A stretch of DNA of 58,568 nt from Myxococcales bacterium. Lineage in GTDB: Bacteria > Myxococcota_A > UBA9160 > SMWR01. Below the pieces are notes generated by a model. That model worked only from the letters and a program-made list of their open reading frames with translations. It was not told where the DNA came from and did not search any database. Positions within the stretch are counted from its first letter, which is position 1, and each line of letters begins with the position of its first letter. Positions 50,011-58,568 of this stretch are shown here, piece by piece. A program made the position numbers and the translations under genes. Location: contig JABSQW010000072.1 in NCBI GenBank assembly GCA_013215605.1, positions 1 to 58,568 of the forward strand. Direction: 5' to 3'.

Positions 50011-52482
50011 ATGTTCAAGCCCCTTTCCCTCCATCGCGCCACGCACCTCGCGCTCTCCGGTCTCCTCGCCGGCGTCCTCGTCACCACGGGCTGCAAGTCG
50101 CCCGAGGAGCGCGTCGCCGACCACGTCGCGCGCGCCGAGGAGTACATCGCGAATGGCCAGCGCAAGGAGGCCATCCTCGAGTTCATGAGCGCGCTCAACG
50201 TCGACCCCGCCGACGCCGAGATCAGCGAGCGCGTCGCTCATCTGATGAGTCGACAGGGCGCGCTCGAGACCGCGGCCCGGTACTTCCTCGAGGCGTACAA
50301 CCTCGACCCGACACGCGTCGGGGCGGCCATGCACCACGCGGAGCTGATCGCCTGGACGCAGCGTGAGCGCGCCGACCGGCTCGTCGCGGACGCCCTCGAG
50401 AGCTCGCCCGACGAGCCGATCGTGCACCGTACCGTCGCGACGCTGGCGCTGATCGACCAGGATCTCGATGCCGCCAACGCGGCCGCGCAGAAAGCGATCG
50501 CCCTCGACGAGACCGACCCGGAGAGCTGGGCCCTGCTGGGGCGCGTGCGGCTGGGTTCGGTCAGCCTCGCGATCCTCTCGAAGAGCGTTCCGCCGGACGC
50601 CGTGTACCAGGAGTCCATCGCGGCCTTCAGCAGGGCTGACGAACTCCGGGGGGGCGACGTCGGCGTGAAGCTCGAGCAGGCGAAGGTGCTGGCGGCCTGG
50701 CAGGGACACGCCAGCGAGGCGATCGCCGCCTACGACGCGGCGATCGAGCTGGCAAAACAGCAGGGGGATTCCGAAGTTCGGTCCTTCGCCGCGCACGCCC
50801 TCGCCGAATACGGACAAAAGAGCGGACGCCCCAAGCTGCTCGAGCGCGGGCTGCGGGAGGTGGTTGCCGCCGCGCCCAACGAGATTCGAACCTGGCGCCG
50901 TCTCGCCGAAGTGTCCCACCGCTCGGTTCCGGGATCCGGACAGTGGGTCTTCGACCAGCTCCTCGAGCAGCGCCCCAACGACGCGCGCGCCCACCGCGCC
51001 TACACCAACTACCTGGTCAGTCACGATCGGGCACACGACGCCATCGGCTACCTCGAAAGGGTGCTGGCTGATGGCATCGACAGCCCGGCGATGTGGGACG
51101 ACCTGATCCGCTATCGGCTGCAGCGCGGCCAGATGAGCGAAGCCCAGGCGAGTCTCGCGAAGCTCGAGGAGCGGGCGGGCGACCACCCGCTCACCCAGCG
51201 GGCCCGCGCGCGCGTCGCGATGGCCGAGGGTCGCAACGGAAAGGCCGTCGAGCTCCTCCGCTCGATGCCCGCCGCGGCGAATAGTGTCGAGGGCCAGCGA
51301 CTGCTCGCGCTCGCGGAACTCCGCCGCGGCAATCTCGACGAAGCCGGCGCGGCCATCGACCGCTCCGTCGCGCTCTCCGACGAGTTCGCGATGCCGTCGA
51401 TGCGCCTCAAGGCCCGTATCCACCACGCCGCCAACGAGTGGAGGCGGGCCTATGACACATTCAAGGAGATCGGTCAGCACACGGTGGACCTCACCGCCAG
51501 TGAGAAGCTGATGATCGCGCGGGCGATGTACGAACGGCGCCGACCCAAGGCCGCGCGAGGAGTCCTCGAAGAAATTCTCGCCGGCGACGACTTCCATCCG
51601 ATGGCGGCCGTGGAATTCGCGCGGCGCGAGGGGCTGCGAAGTCCCAACGCGGCGTTGGACTACCTGAGCGCGGTGCGGGCCCGGGAGCCGGGCAACTACC
51701 CCGTCCTCGAAGCCGTCGTCACGCTCTACCGACAGCGGGGCGGGTCAGTGGAAGCGTTAGCGATCGTGAAAGAAGCGGTCGCCGCGGGGCACGGAGGACC
51801 ACGCGCCATGCTGTTGCGCGCCCAGCTCCTCGCGGACACGGGTGACCTCGCGCGCGCCGAGACCGACGCCCTGCGCGCCTTCGAAGCGGCACCCGCTCTG
51901 CCCGGAGCGGTCGACGTTCTGATTCGCATCTACCGCGGTCAGGACAAGCTCGAGGCGGCACTGCGGTCCTTCGAAGAAGCCGAGGCGGCCGGCGTGCTCC
52001 ACACCGGCGCGCGACGCTTGCTCGGTCGCCTCTACGCCGAGCAGGGCCAGTTCGAGCAGGCGCAGGAAATGCTCGAGAAGGTGATCGCCGATCGCCCACG
52101 GATGGGCGGCCCGAAGAGCGACCTCGCCGTCGTGCTCGTCGAGCAGGGCGTGGATCTCGAGCGCGCGATGGACCTCGCGCGCGAGGGCGCGAAATCCCAG
52201 GCGCTGGATCCAACGGCCGCCTACGCGGCCGGAACCGCGTACTACCACAACGGCCTGCACGAGGCCGCGCTCGTGGAGTATCGGCGCGCCATCAACCTCG
52301 ACCTTTCGGGCGATAAACGACTCGCGCCCACCCTCCAGTACCACCTCGGGTTGACCCTCAAGGCTCTCGACCGTGGAGCGCAGGCCGCAGCCGCGTTCTC
52401 GACGGCCCTCGAGATCTCCCCCAACTTTCCCGAGGCCGACGAGGCGCGCCGCCAGCTCGAGGAAACGAAGCAGACCTCCTAG
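50011..52482 (+). CDS. Second TPR-repeat lipoprotein, PrsT-like paralog
   Basis: Lipobox VTTGC, all-TPR body, 823 aa, C-terminal FPEADEARRQL similar to the upstream paralog (FPEVEDARKKL). Confidence 0.8.
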   Translation: MFKPLSLHRATHLALSGLLAGVLVTTGCKSPEERVADHVARAEEYIANGQRKEAILEFMSALNVDPADAEISERVAHLMSRQGALETAARYFLEAYNLDPTRVGAAMHHAELIAWTQRERADRLVADALESSPDEPIVHRTVATLALIDQDLDAANAAAQKAIALDETDPESWALLGRVRLGSVSLAILSKSVPPDAVYQESIAAFSRADELRGGDVGVKLEQAKVLAAWQGHASEAIAAYDAAIELAKQQGDSEVRSFAAHALAEYGQKSGRPKLLERGLREVVAAAPNEIRTWRRLAEVSHRSVPGSGQWVFDQLLEQRPNDARAHRAYTNYLVSHDRAHDAIGYLERVLADGIDSPAMWDDLIRYRLQRGQMSEAQASLAKLEERAGDHPLTQRARARVAMAEGRNGKAVELLRSMPAAANSVEGQRLLALAELRRGNLDEAGAAIDRSVALSDEFAMPSMRLKARIHHAANEWRRAYDTFKEIGQHTVDLTASEKLMIARAMYERRRPKAARGVLEEILAGDDFHPMAAVEFARREGLRSPNAALDYLSAVRAREPGNYPVLEAVVTLYRQRGGSVEALAIVKEAVAAGHGGPRAMLLRAQLLADTGDLARAETDALRAFEAAPALPGAVDVLIRIYRGQDKLEAALRSFEEAEAAGVLHTGARRLLGRLYAEQGQFEQAQEMLEKVIADRPRMGGPKSDLAVVLVEQGVDLERAMDLAREGAKSQALDPTAAYAAGTAYYHNGLHEAALVEYRRAINLDLSGDKRLAPTLQYHLGLTLKALDRGAQAAAAFSTALEISPNFPEADEARRQLEETKQTS

Positions 52483-52487
52483 TTTTG

Positions 52488-52564
52488 GGGACCCGATCTG
52501 GGCAAAGCCCAGATCGACCCGGGCTTCGCTCGCCGATGGCTCGCTGCGCGCGCTTCGCGCTTGC
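52488..52564 (+). repeat. Full copy of REP-like intergenic element
   Basis: GATCTGGGC-AAA-GCCCAGATC hairpin (52495-52515) plus CTTCGCTCGCCGATGGCTCGCTGCGCGCGCTTCGCGC; between convergent genes. Confidence 0.8.
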
Positions 52565-52584
52565 AACTCGAGGGACCGTGACTT

Positions 52585-54231
52585 CTAGAAGTGATGTTGG
52601 TACTTGCGGAGCTCCGCGATCTCTTCGCGTGTTGCTTCGTCTGTCGGTCCTCCGACCTCGAGTGCCCGCTCGAGCACGGCAATCGCTTCACTCATCTCGC
52701 CGCGCGCCACGTAAGCGCGCGCGACGGTGCGAAGCTCGAGCTGTGTCGGGTTCTCCTTGACGTGAAACATCGCGATCCGGCGCGCTGCGATCTCGCTCAC
52801 CACGGCCCGAAACTTCGCGTGCTTCCGGATGGGCGCGAGCGCGGGATCGGCGTCGAGCTGCTGAAAGCGCAGATAGCCCCGCGCCACGGCGCCTCGAATG
52901 TTCTCCACGGCGGTGTCGACGTCACCGAGCTGCGCCGACCGCTGCGCGCGCTGGAGATGAGCCGAGACTCCGTTCGGGTAGTGGCTTGCGGCGTCGTCGA
53001 GAATGAACACGGGATTGCGCCAGATCGCCGCACGCTCGCCACTGTGCCAGGCGAAGAAGACCAACATCCCGGCACCCGCACCCATCAGGGCGCGACGGAC
53101 CTTCTCGGCGCTGCCCTCGTCGACGAGCTGCGAAAAAACGTCGCGCCCCATCAGCAGTGCGACGCCGATCAGCCCCGGCATGATGAAATAGAGGTAGCGA
53201 TCCGCCATCGGGTAGAGGAATGGAAACACCTGGGAGACGGGCGCGAACGACACCAGCGCCCACACCCAGTAGGCGACCTCGTTCCGCCGTGCGCGGATTC
53301 CCGTCAGTAGACGCCACGCGACGAATACGGCGGCGGGCAGGGCCGCGAGCCACCAGAGATCGAACGGCGAGTGCACGGGCTCGGGCTCGTGGAACGCCGA
53401 GACGCCGTACGACGTGCCCGCCATCACGAGATAGCGGACGGCGAGGGCCATCACGGTGCGAATCAGGACGAACGGCGTGTCGTAGAGCACGGCGTCCGCG
53501 GCTCCGGAGCGTTGGTGGGCGCTGAACTCGATCGCCGCGTACGTCGCGAGGACGAGCACCGCCACCAACAGCCAGCGTCGGGGTGGGAGCAGTGCGCGGG
53601 CCCCGCGCGCCGGGTCGGCGGCGCACCACGCGAAGACGGCCGCCACCGGTAGCACGAACGCCGCGGTCGGCTTGGCGAACAGCGCGAGACCAAACAGCAG
53701 GGTGGCGAGCGCCGGCCGCCTCGCGAACCAGAGCAATGACGCGAGCGACAGCACCAGCGCAGAGCTCGACTTCAGCTGGCTGATCCACGCCACCGCCTCG
53801 ACGTTTGCGGGGTGGAGGAGGAACCAGCTCGCACCGAAGAACGCAGCCATCCTGGGAATCCGACTGCGGACCAGCAGAGGGAAGAGCAGCGCCGACGCGA
53901 GCGCGTGCAGCACGACGTTCGCAACGTGATGTCCGAGGGTCGAGGTCCCGAACAGCTTCCACATCACAGCGTGGAGCAGGAGATGAATGGGCGTGTAGTT
54001 CACCACCGCCACCGCCGCGCCGCCAGTCGGGTCGAGGATGTCGACGACGTTTTCGAGCGACAGCTCGTGGATGTAGACGTTGTCGCGGACGTAGTGGAGG
54101 TCGTCCGAGACGAACGGACCCTGCAGCACCCGACCGTACACGAACAGTGAGACGACGAGGAATCCGCAAAACAGCAGGGCGACGCTGCCGGCCTCGCCTG
54201 CGCTCGACCCGGACGACTTCGGCCGCGCCAC
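52585..54231 (-). CDS. TMTC-like GT-C membrane glycosyltransferase with short TPR tail
   Basis: FVSDDLHY, NYTPIH, HPANVEAVAWISQLK, MADRYLYF, DPALAPIR; GTG start just after the upstream stop. Confidence 0.85.
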   Translation of the reverse strand: MARPKSSGSSAGEAGSVALLFCGFLVVSLFVYGRVLQGPFVSDDLHYVRDNVYIHELSLENVVDILDPTGGAAVAVVNYTPIHLLLHAVMWKLFGTSTLGHHVANVVLHALASALLFPLLVRSRIPRMAAFFGASWFLLHPANVEAVAWISQLKSSSALVLSLASLLWFARRPALATLLFGLALFAKPTAAFVLPVAAVFAWCAADPARGARALLPPRRWLLVAVLVLATYAAIEFSAHQRSGAADAVLYDTPFVLIRTVMALAVRYLVMAGTSYGVSAFHEPEPVHSPFDLWWLAALPAAVFVAWRLLTGIRARRNEVAYWVWALVSFAPVSQVFPFLYPMADRYLYFIMPGLIGVALLMGRDVFSQLVDEGSAEKVRRALMGAGAGMLVFFAWHSGERAAIWRNPVFILDDAASHYPNGVSAHLQRAQRSAQLGDVDTAVENIRGAVARGYLRFQQLDADPALAPIRKHAKFRAVVSEIAARRIAMFHVKENPTQLELRTVARAYVARGEMSEAIAVLERALEVGGPTDEATREEIAELRKYQHHF

Positions 54232-54233
54232 CG

Positions 54234-55919
54234 CTACCCGCTCCCCGGCATCCGCTCGCGCATGCGTACGAGTTCCTCGCGCACGAGGTCGTCCTGGAAT
54301 CCGCCGATGGCGAGCGCCCGCTCGAACGCCTCTGCGGCGAGTGCGTACTCGCCGCGCACCTGGTGGGCGAGTCCGACGATCCGGTACTCGGGCTGCGTCG
54401 TGACTCCGCGGCGTCGGGCTTTTTCGATCCAGCGGCCAGCCATCTCGCGAACCAGCTCCTGGAACGCGGGATCGCGGCGAATGGGCGCGAGCCCGGGATC
54501 GGTGAGGAGGATCGAGAAGCGCGCCGCGTGGTTTTCCTCCGCGCGCCGCAGGAGCGGAATCGCCGCGCTGACATCGCCGCGCTGCGCAGCGCTGCGCGCG
54601 TCGAGGAAGCTCGCGGTACCGCCTTCCGGATAGTGGCGCGCCGCATCGAGGAGCAACTTCGTCTCGCTCTTCCAGAGCGAAGCACGCGCCGCACTCCGCG
54701 CGCCGAATCCACACAGCACCACGAACGCGAGCACCCACGCTATCGACCTTGCGCGAGCACCGCCCTGGCGCGGGAATCGAGCGGCGGCCAGCAGCACGCC
54801 CCCGATCAAGCCGGGGAGGATGAAGTAGAGGTAGCGATCCGCCAGGGGATTCACGAACGGGAGGATCTGCGACACCGGACCAAACGAGGCCGCCGCGAAC
54901 AGCCACCACGCCGCCTCCTCGCTGCGGGCCCGCAGGGTCGCGACGATGCGCCAGGCGAGAAGCGCGGCCAGGGGGAGCGCGGCCAGCCACCAGGGATTCG
55001 CGAACGAGGTGACCGGAGCCGGCTCCTGGAACGCAGCGACGCCGTAGGAAGTCACCGCCATCACGAGGTATCGCGACCCGACCGCCGCGATGGACCGCAC
55101 GTGCACCCACGGATCCGAATACGCGGGCTCCTCGAACGCGGAACCGAACCCGAACGAGCTGAGCTCCGGAACCACGTAGATGAACAAGACGAGCAGCCAG
55201 ACGCCCACGCCCTGCCAGTGGGCGCGCGATCCTCCGGGTCCGCCGCTGCGCGCCCAGGTCAACGCCGCGATCATTGGCAGTGCCGCGTAGGCGGACGCCT
55301 TCGTGAGCAACGCCACGGCGAACACAGCACCGCTCCACATGGGGATTCGCCGGTGAAGGAGCATCGCAGCGAGCGTGAGGACGAGCGACCCGGTGGTCTT
55401 CAGCTGGGAGATCCACGCCACGGCTTCGACGTTGGCCGGATGGACGAGGAAAAAGAGGGTACCGGCGATCGCGAGCGGAGCGGCCACCTGCGACCGCCCG
55501 AGCAACGCCGCGAGCAGCAGCGCGGCGAGCGCGTGCAGGGCCACATTCACGAGGTGGTATCCCAGCACTTCGTCGGCGAATATCTGTCGTTCGATGGCGG
55601 TAACCACCAGGTGAATCGGCGCGTAGTTGGCGGTGTACTCCCTTGCCTGTCCGGCGGGGTCGAACATCTCGATCAGGTTCGGGACGTCGAGGGAGGTCGT
55701 GTACGGATTCGTGACGATGTACCCGAAGTCGTCCGAGACGAACACGCCGCGGAGAGCGCCCTGGTAGACGAACAACGAGATCGCCGCGAACGCGGCGAAT
55801 GCCAGAAGGGGGCCGCCCCGCGGCCATTCGAGGGTGGGCAGGGACAGCGGGGAGGGCCCCGGCGCTGCGACGCTGTTGCCCTCGTGGTCGTCCGCTCCGG
55901 GCCCTGCCTTCGACGCCAT
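54234..55919 (-). CDS. TMTC-like GT-C membrane glycosyltransferase, tandem paralog
   Basis: FVSDDFGY, NYAPIH, HPANVEAVAWISQLK, LADRYLYF, DPGLAPIRRDP. Confidence 0.85.
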   Translation of the reverse strand: MASKAGPGADDHEGNSVAAPGPSPLSLPTLEWPRGGPLLAFAAFAAISLFVYQGALRGVFVSDDFGYIVTNPYTTSLDVPNLIEMFDPAGQAREYTANYAPIHLVVTAIERQIFADEVLGYHLVNVALHALAALLLAALLGRSQVAAPLAIAGTLFFLVHPANVEAVAWISQLKTTGSLVLTLAAMLLHRRIPMWSGAVFAVALLTKASAYAALPMIAALTWARSGGPGGSRAHWQGVGVWLLVLFIYVVPELSSFGFGSAFEEPAYSDPWVHVRSIAAVGSRYLVMAVTSYGVAAFQEPAPVTSFANPWWLAALPLAALLAWRIVATLRARSEEAAWWLFAAASFGPVSQILPFVNPLADRYLYFILPGLIGGVLLAAARFPRQGGARARSIAWVLAFVVLCGFGARSAARASLWKSETKLLLDAARHYPEGGTASFLDARSAAQRGDVSAAIPLLRRAEENHAARFSILLTDPGLAPIRRDPAFQELVREMAGRWIEKARRRGVTTQPEYRIVGLAHQVRGEYALAAEAFERALAIGGFQDDLVREELVRMRERMPGSG

Positions 55920-57062
55920 CGCGGTCGAGTCTACCAAGCCCTCGCGCGAATCCCGGTCCTCCTGCTGCTCGCAGCAGGTGTGGCCTGCACCGAGCAGCGC
56001 GCACCAGCGGCACCCGATCGCGCGGATCAGCGACTCGAGATCCGCGGCGCCGCATCCGGAGGGCTCGTGTTCGTCCGCATGAGTGGAGCGTCGATGGATC
56101 TCGTACGCGCCCGGTTGTCCGACGGATCGATCGCTCACCTCACCGACACCGACGATCGGAACGAGAGCTGGCCCTACTGGTCGCCCGCGGCGGGTCGCCT
56201 CGTCTACCAGAGCGCCGGGCGCCGCGACGGCGGGCACGCCACCCCGACCGACCTGATGCTGTGGCGACCCGGAGGCGAGCCGCGGCCGCTCCTCTCGACG
56301 CCAGCGCGCAACGAGAGTTGGCCGGTGTGGTCGCCGGACGGACGCCGCGTCGTACACGTCTTTCGGGGCCCTGGCAGCGCGGCCGGGATCGCGAGCATAG
56401 ACGTCGCCACGGGCCAATCGACGCTCGTCGCCCGCGTCGTGCCACCCCGATTCCTCCTGCGCCCCAACTTCGCGCCAGACGGTGTGCGAATCGTCGCCGA
56501 GCAGCGGCGCGACTCGGGGGGTACCGCGCTGCGCGTACTCACACCGGGAGAGCCCCCGAGTGTCCTCACCGACGAGCCGAACCTGTCGGACTCGAAGGCC
56601 TGGTTCTCGCGCGATGGCGCGACGATCGTGTTCACTCGGAGTGCGGGCAGCAATTCCCTGGCCTCGAGCGACGTGTTCTCGATCCCCTCGACCGGCGGAT
56701 CCGCGCGCCCCCTGTTCGCCGATCCCGATCTCGCCGAACACTCCGCCCGCCCGTCGCCGACCCGCGACGAGGTGGTCTACATCGCGGGTCCGGACGGACA
56801 CACCGACGTATTTATCGCGAACCTGGACGGCAGTAGAAGCCGGCCGCTCGTGCGAACCGCGGACGTGAACGAGTTCACGCCGCGGTGGTCGCCCGACGGC
56901 GAGTTCTTCACGGTGATCGCGGTGCCCGCCGGCAGAGGCCCAGGCCGCCTCGACGATCCGGACTCGCTCGCTCGAATCCAGCTCCGCGCGTACGACCGCG
57001 AGGGAAACCTGCGCTTCGACACGAGGGGGATGATGGCGGACTGGATGCCCGCGTGGCCGTGA
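55884..57062 (+). CDS. TolB-like WD40/PD40 beta-propeller lipoprotein (start uncertain)
   Basis: Lipobox LLLLAAGVAC; repeated ESWPYWSP, WPVWSPDG, PNFAPDG, FSRDG, PRWSPDG blades. Confidence 0.8.
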   Translation: MVVRSGPCLRRHRGRVYQALARIPVLLLLAAGVACTEQRAPAAPDRADQRLEIRGAASGGLVFVRMSGASMDLVRARLSDGSIAHLTDTDDRNESWPYWSPAAGRLVYQSAGRRDGGHATPTDLMLWRPGGEPRPLLSTPARNESWPVWSPDGRRVVHVFRGPGSAAGIASIDVATGQSTLVARVVPPRFLLRPNFAPDGVRIVAEQRRDSGGTALRVLTPGEPPSVLTDEPNLSDSKAWFSRDGATIVFTRSAGSNSLASSDVFSIPSTGGSARPLFADPDLAEHSARPSPTRDEVVYIAGPDGHTDVFIANLDGSRSRPLVRTADVNEFTPRWSPDGEFFTVIAVPAGRGPGRLDDPDSLARIQLRAYDREGNLRFDTRGMMADWMPAWP

Positions 57063-58568
57063 CCCACGATCGGCGTGACCCGGCCCCGGAGACCCGAACC
57101 CTCGCGATCTCGGTCGCTCTCCTCGTCGTCCTGACGCTTGCGGTCTTCCTGCCATCGCTCGGTTACGAGTTCGTCAACTACGACGATCCCATCATGATCG
57201 CCAACAACCCGCACGTCGCCAACGGCGTCTCGATCGACGGCCTGCGCTGGGCGTTCACGACTTTCTACGGTGCGAATTGGTTCCCTCTCACGTGGATCTC
57301 GTGGATGCTCGGCGCGTCGCTGTTCGGATTGGACGCGCGCGCCTTCCACGCCACGGGTGTGCTGTTGCACGCATGCACCGCGGCGCTCCTCTTCCTCACG
57401 CTCGTGCGCGCGACCGGCAAGGTCGCTCCGAGCGCGTTCGTGGCGGCCGTCTTCGCGGTGCACCCGCTCCACGTCGAGTCGGTGGTTTGGATCTCGGCGC
57501 TCAAGGACACGCTGAGCGGGCTCTTCTTCGCGCTCGCGCTCCTCGTGCACTGCGGCGGGCGCGGTGCAACGCCGACCCCCCAACGCCGCGCCGCTCTCTT
57601 CGGGTGTGTGCTCGCGTCGCTCATGGCGAAGCCCACGGCGGTCGTGCTCCCCTTCGCCCTGGTACTGCTCGACGCCTGGCCGCTCGGGCGACTCGGCGGA
57701 TCGGGCAGCAAGACGACTCGCGCGTTAGAACCGCGCGCGCTGCTCCGCTCGTTCGCGGAGAAGGTCGAGCTCTTCGTCCTGGTTGCTGTCGCCAGCGGTA
57801 TCTTCTTCGCCGCGCAACAGCACGCGGGTGTCGTCGTACCGCTCGAGCGTCTCGGTCTCGGCTCGCGCATCGCCAATGCGCTCGTCGCCTACGCGGCGTA
57901 CCTCGGCAAGGCGTTCTGGCCGAGCTCGCTCGCCGTCCTCTACCCACATCCCGGCGACAGCCTCCCCCTCTGGCAGCCGGCCCTGGCTGGTGTGCTCCTG
58001 CTCGCGGTGTCGGTTGCGGCGCTATCGGCATGGCGACGTGCGCCCGCCGTGCTCGTCGGCTGGCTCTGGTTTCTCGGCATGCTCGTCCCCACCATCGGCA
58101 TCGTGCAGGTCGGCTCTCAGGCCATGGCCGACCGCTACATGTACCTGCCGCTCGTCGGCCTCGCGGTCGCGCTGGCATTCGGACTGCCCGCCCTTTCCCC
58201 ACGCGCAACCCATGCGACGGGCGGTCGCCTAGCGATTGCCGCGGCTGCGGTCGCAGTGGTCGGGCTCGCCACAACAGCCGCCGTGCAGACGGCGGTCTGG
58301 CGAAATAGCATCACGTTGTTCGAGCACACGCTCGATGTGACGAAAGACAATCCGATCGCACACGCCCACCTCGGCGCCGCCCTCCTCGCACGCGGCCGCG
58401 TCGAGGAGACCGTCACCCACTACACGGAGTCGATCCGGCTGAGCCCCAACGACGCGGACGTGGCGAACAACTTCGCTTGGCTCCTCGCCACCTACGACGA
58501 CGTCGAAATCCGCAACCCCTATCTCGCGGTGCGCCTGGCGGAACGCGCGGTCGCCCGGACGCAGCGCA
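57059..58568 (+). CDS. TMTC-like GT-C glycosyltransferase with TPRs (partial, runs off window end; not in the ORF track)
   Basis: GTG at 57059 overlaps the TolB-like stop; reads ...YEFVNYDDPIMI...GANWFPLTW...HPLHVESVVW...MADRYMYLP...NNFAWLLAT with no stop. Confidence 0.88.
   Translation, partial: MTHDRRDPAPETRTLAISVALLVVLTLAVFLPSLGYEFVNYDDPIMIANNPHVANGVSIDGLRWAFTTFYGANWFPLTWISWMLGASLFGLDARAFHATGVLLHACTAALLFLTLVRATGKVAPSAFVAAVFAVHPLHVESVVWISALKDTLSGLFFALALLVHCGGRGATPTPQRRAALFGCVLASLMAKPTAVVLPFALVLLDAWPLGRLGGSGSKTTRALEPRALLRSFAEKVELFVLVAVASGIFFAAQQHAGVVVPLERLGLGSRIANALVAYAAYLGKAFWPSSLAVLYPHPGDSLPLWQPALAGVLLLAVSVAALSAWRRAPAVLVGWLWFLGMLVPTIGIVQVGSQAMADRYMYLPLVGLAVALAFGLPALSPRATHATGGRLAIAAAAVAVVGLATTAAVQTAVWRNSITLFEHTLDVTKDNPIAHAHLGAALLARGRVEETVTHYTESIRLSPNDADVANNFAWLLATYDDVEIRNPYLAVRLAERAVARTQR

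Noticed and set aside
52585-57155. Apparent giant ORFs (1156, 973 and 1085 aa) suggesting fusions
   Set aside because: Only the C-terminal parts are protein-like; the N-terminal extensions are off-frame read-through of neighbouring genes.

Overview
High-GC, gene-dense bacterial chromosome segment. The gene content (REC-DnaJ-TPR protein, many TPR and sulfatase-like genes, PEP-CTERM) suggests a Myxococcota-like/deltaproteobacterial organism; this is inference. About 45 CDSs are supportable. Housekeeping: msrQ end, uvrA, ilvE, gatCAB, ddl, DEAD-box helicase, larE. Also present: an LPS glycosyltransferase operon, a Crp/Fnr regulator, a PAS hybrid kinase and several catabolic enzymes. No tRNA, rRNA, CRISPR array or intact mobile element was seen. 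The most notable region is about 44.4-58.6 kb. It holds a sigma-54-driven, Gly/Thr/Ser-rich PEP-CTERM protein, two tandem TPR lipoproteins (PrsT-like), three TMTC-like GT-C membrane glycosyltransferases, a TolB-like lipoprotein and a Thr-type sulfatase-like enzyme. A second TMTC-like/sulfatase-like/SGNH module lies at 16.3-20.8 kb. Together these suggest an uncharacterised surface-protein O-glycosylation and decoration system. The window also has four copies of a REP-like intergenic element, a CRP-type site next to a small ORF, and several decayed gene remnants. Product calls come from motif recognition only, without database searches.
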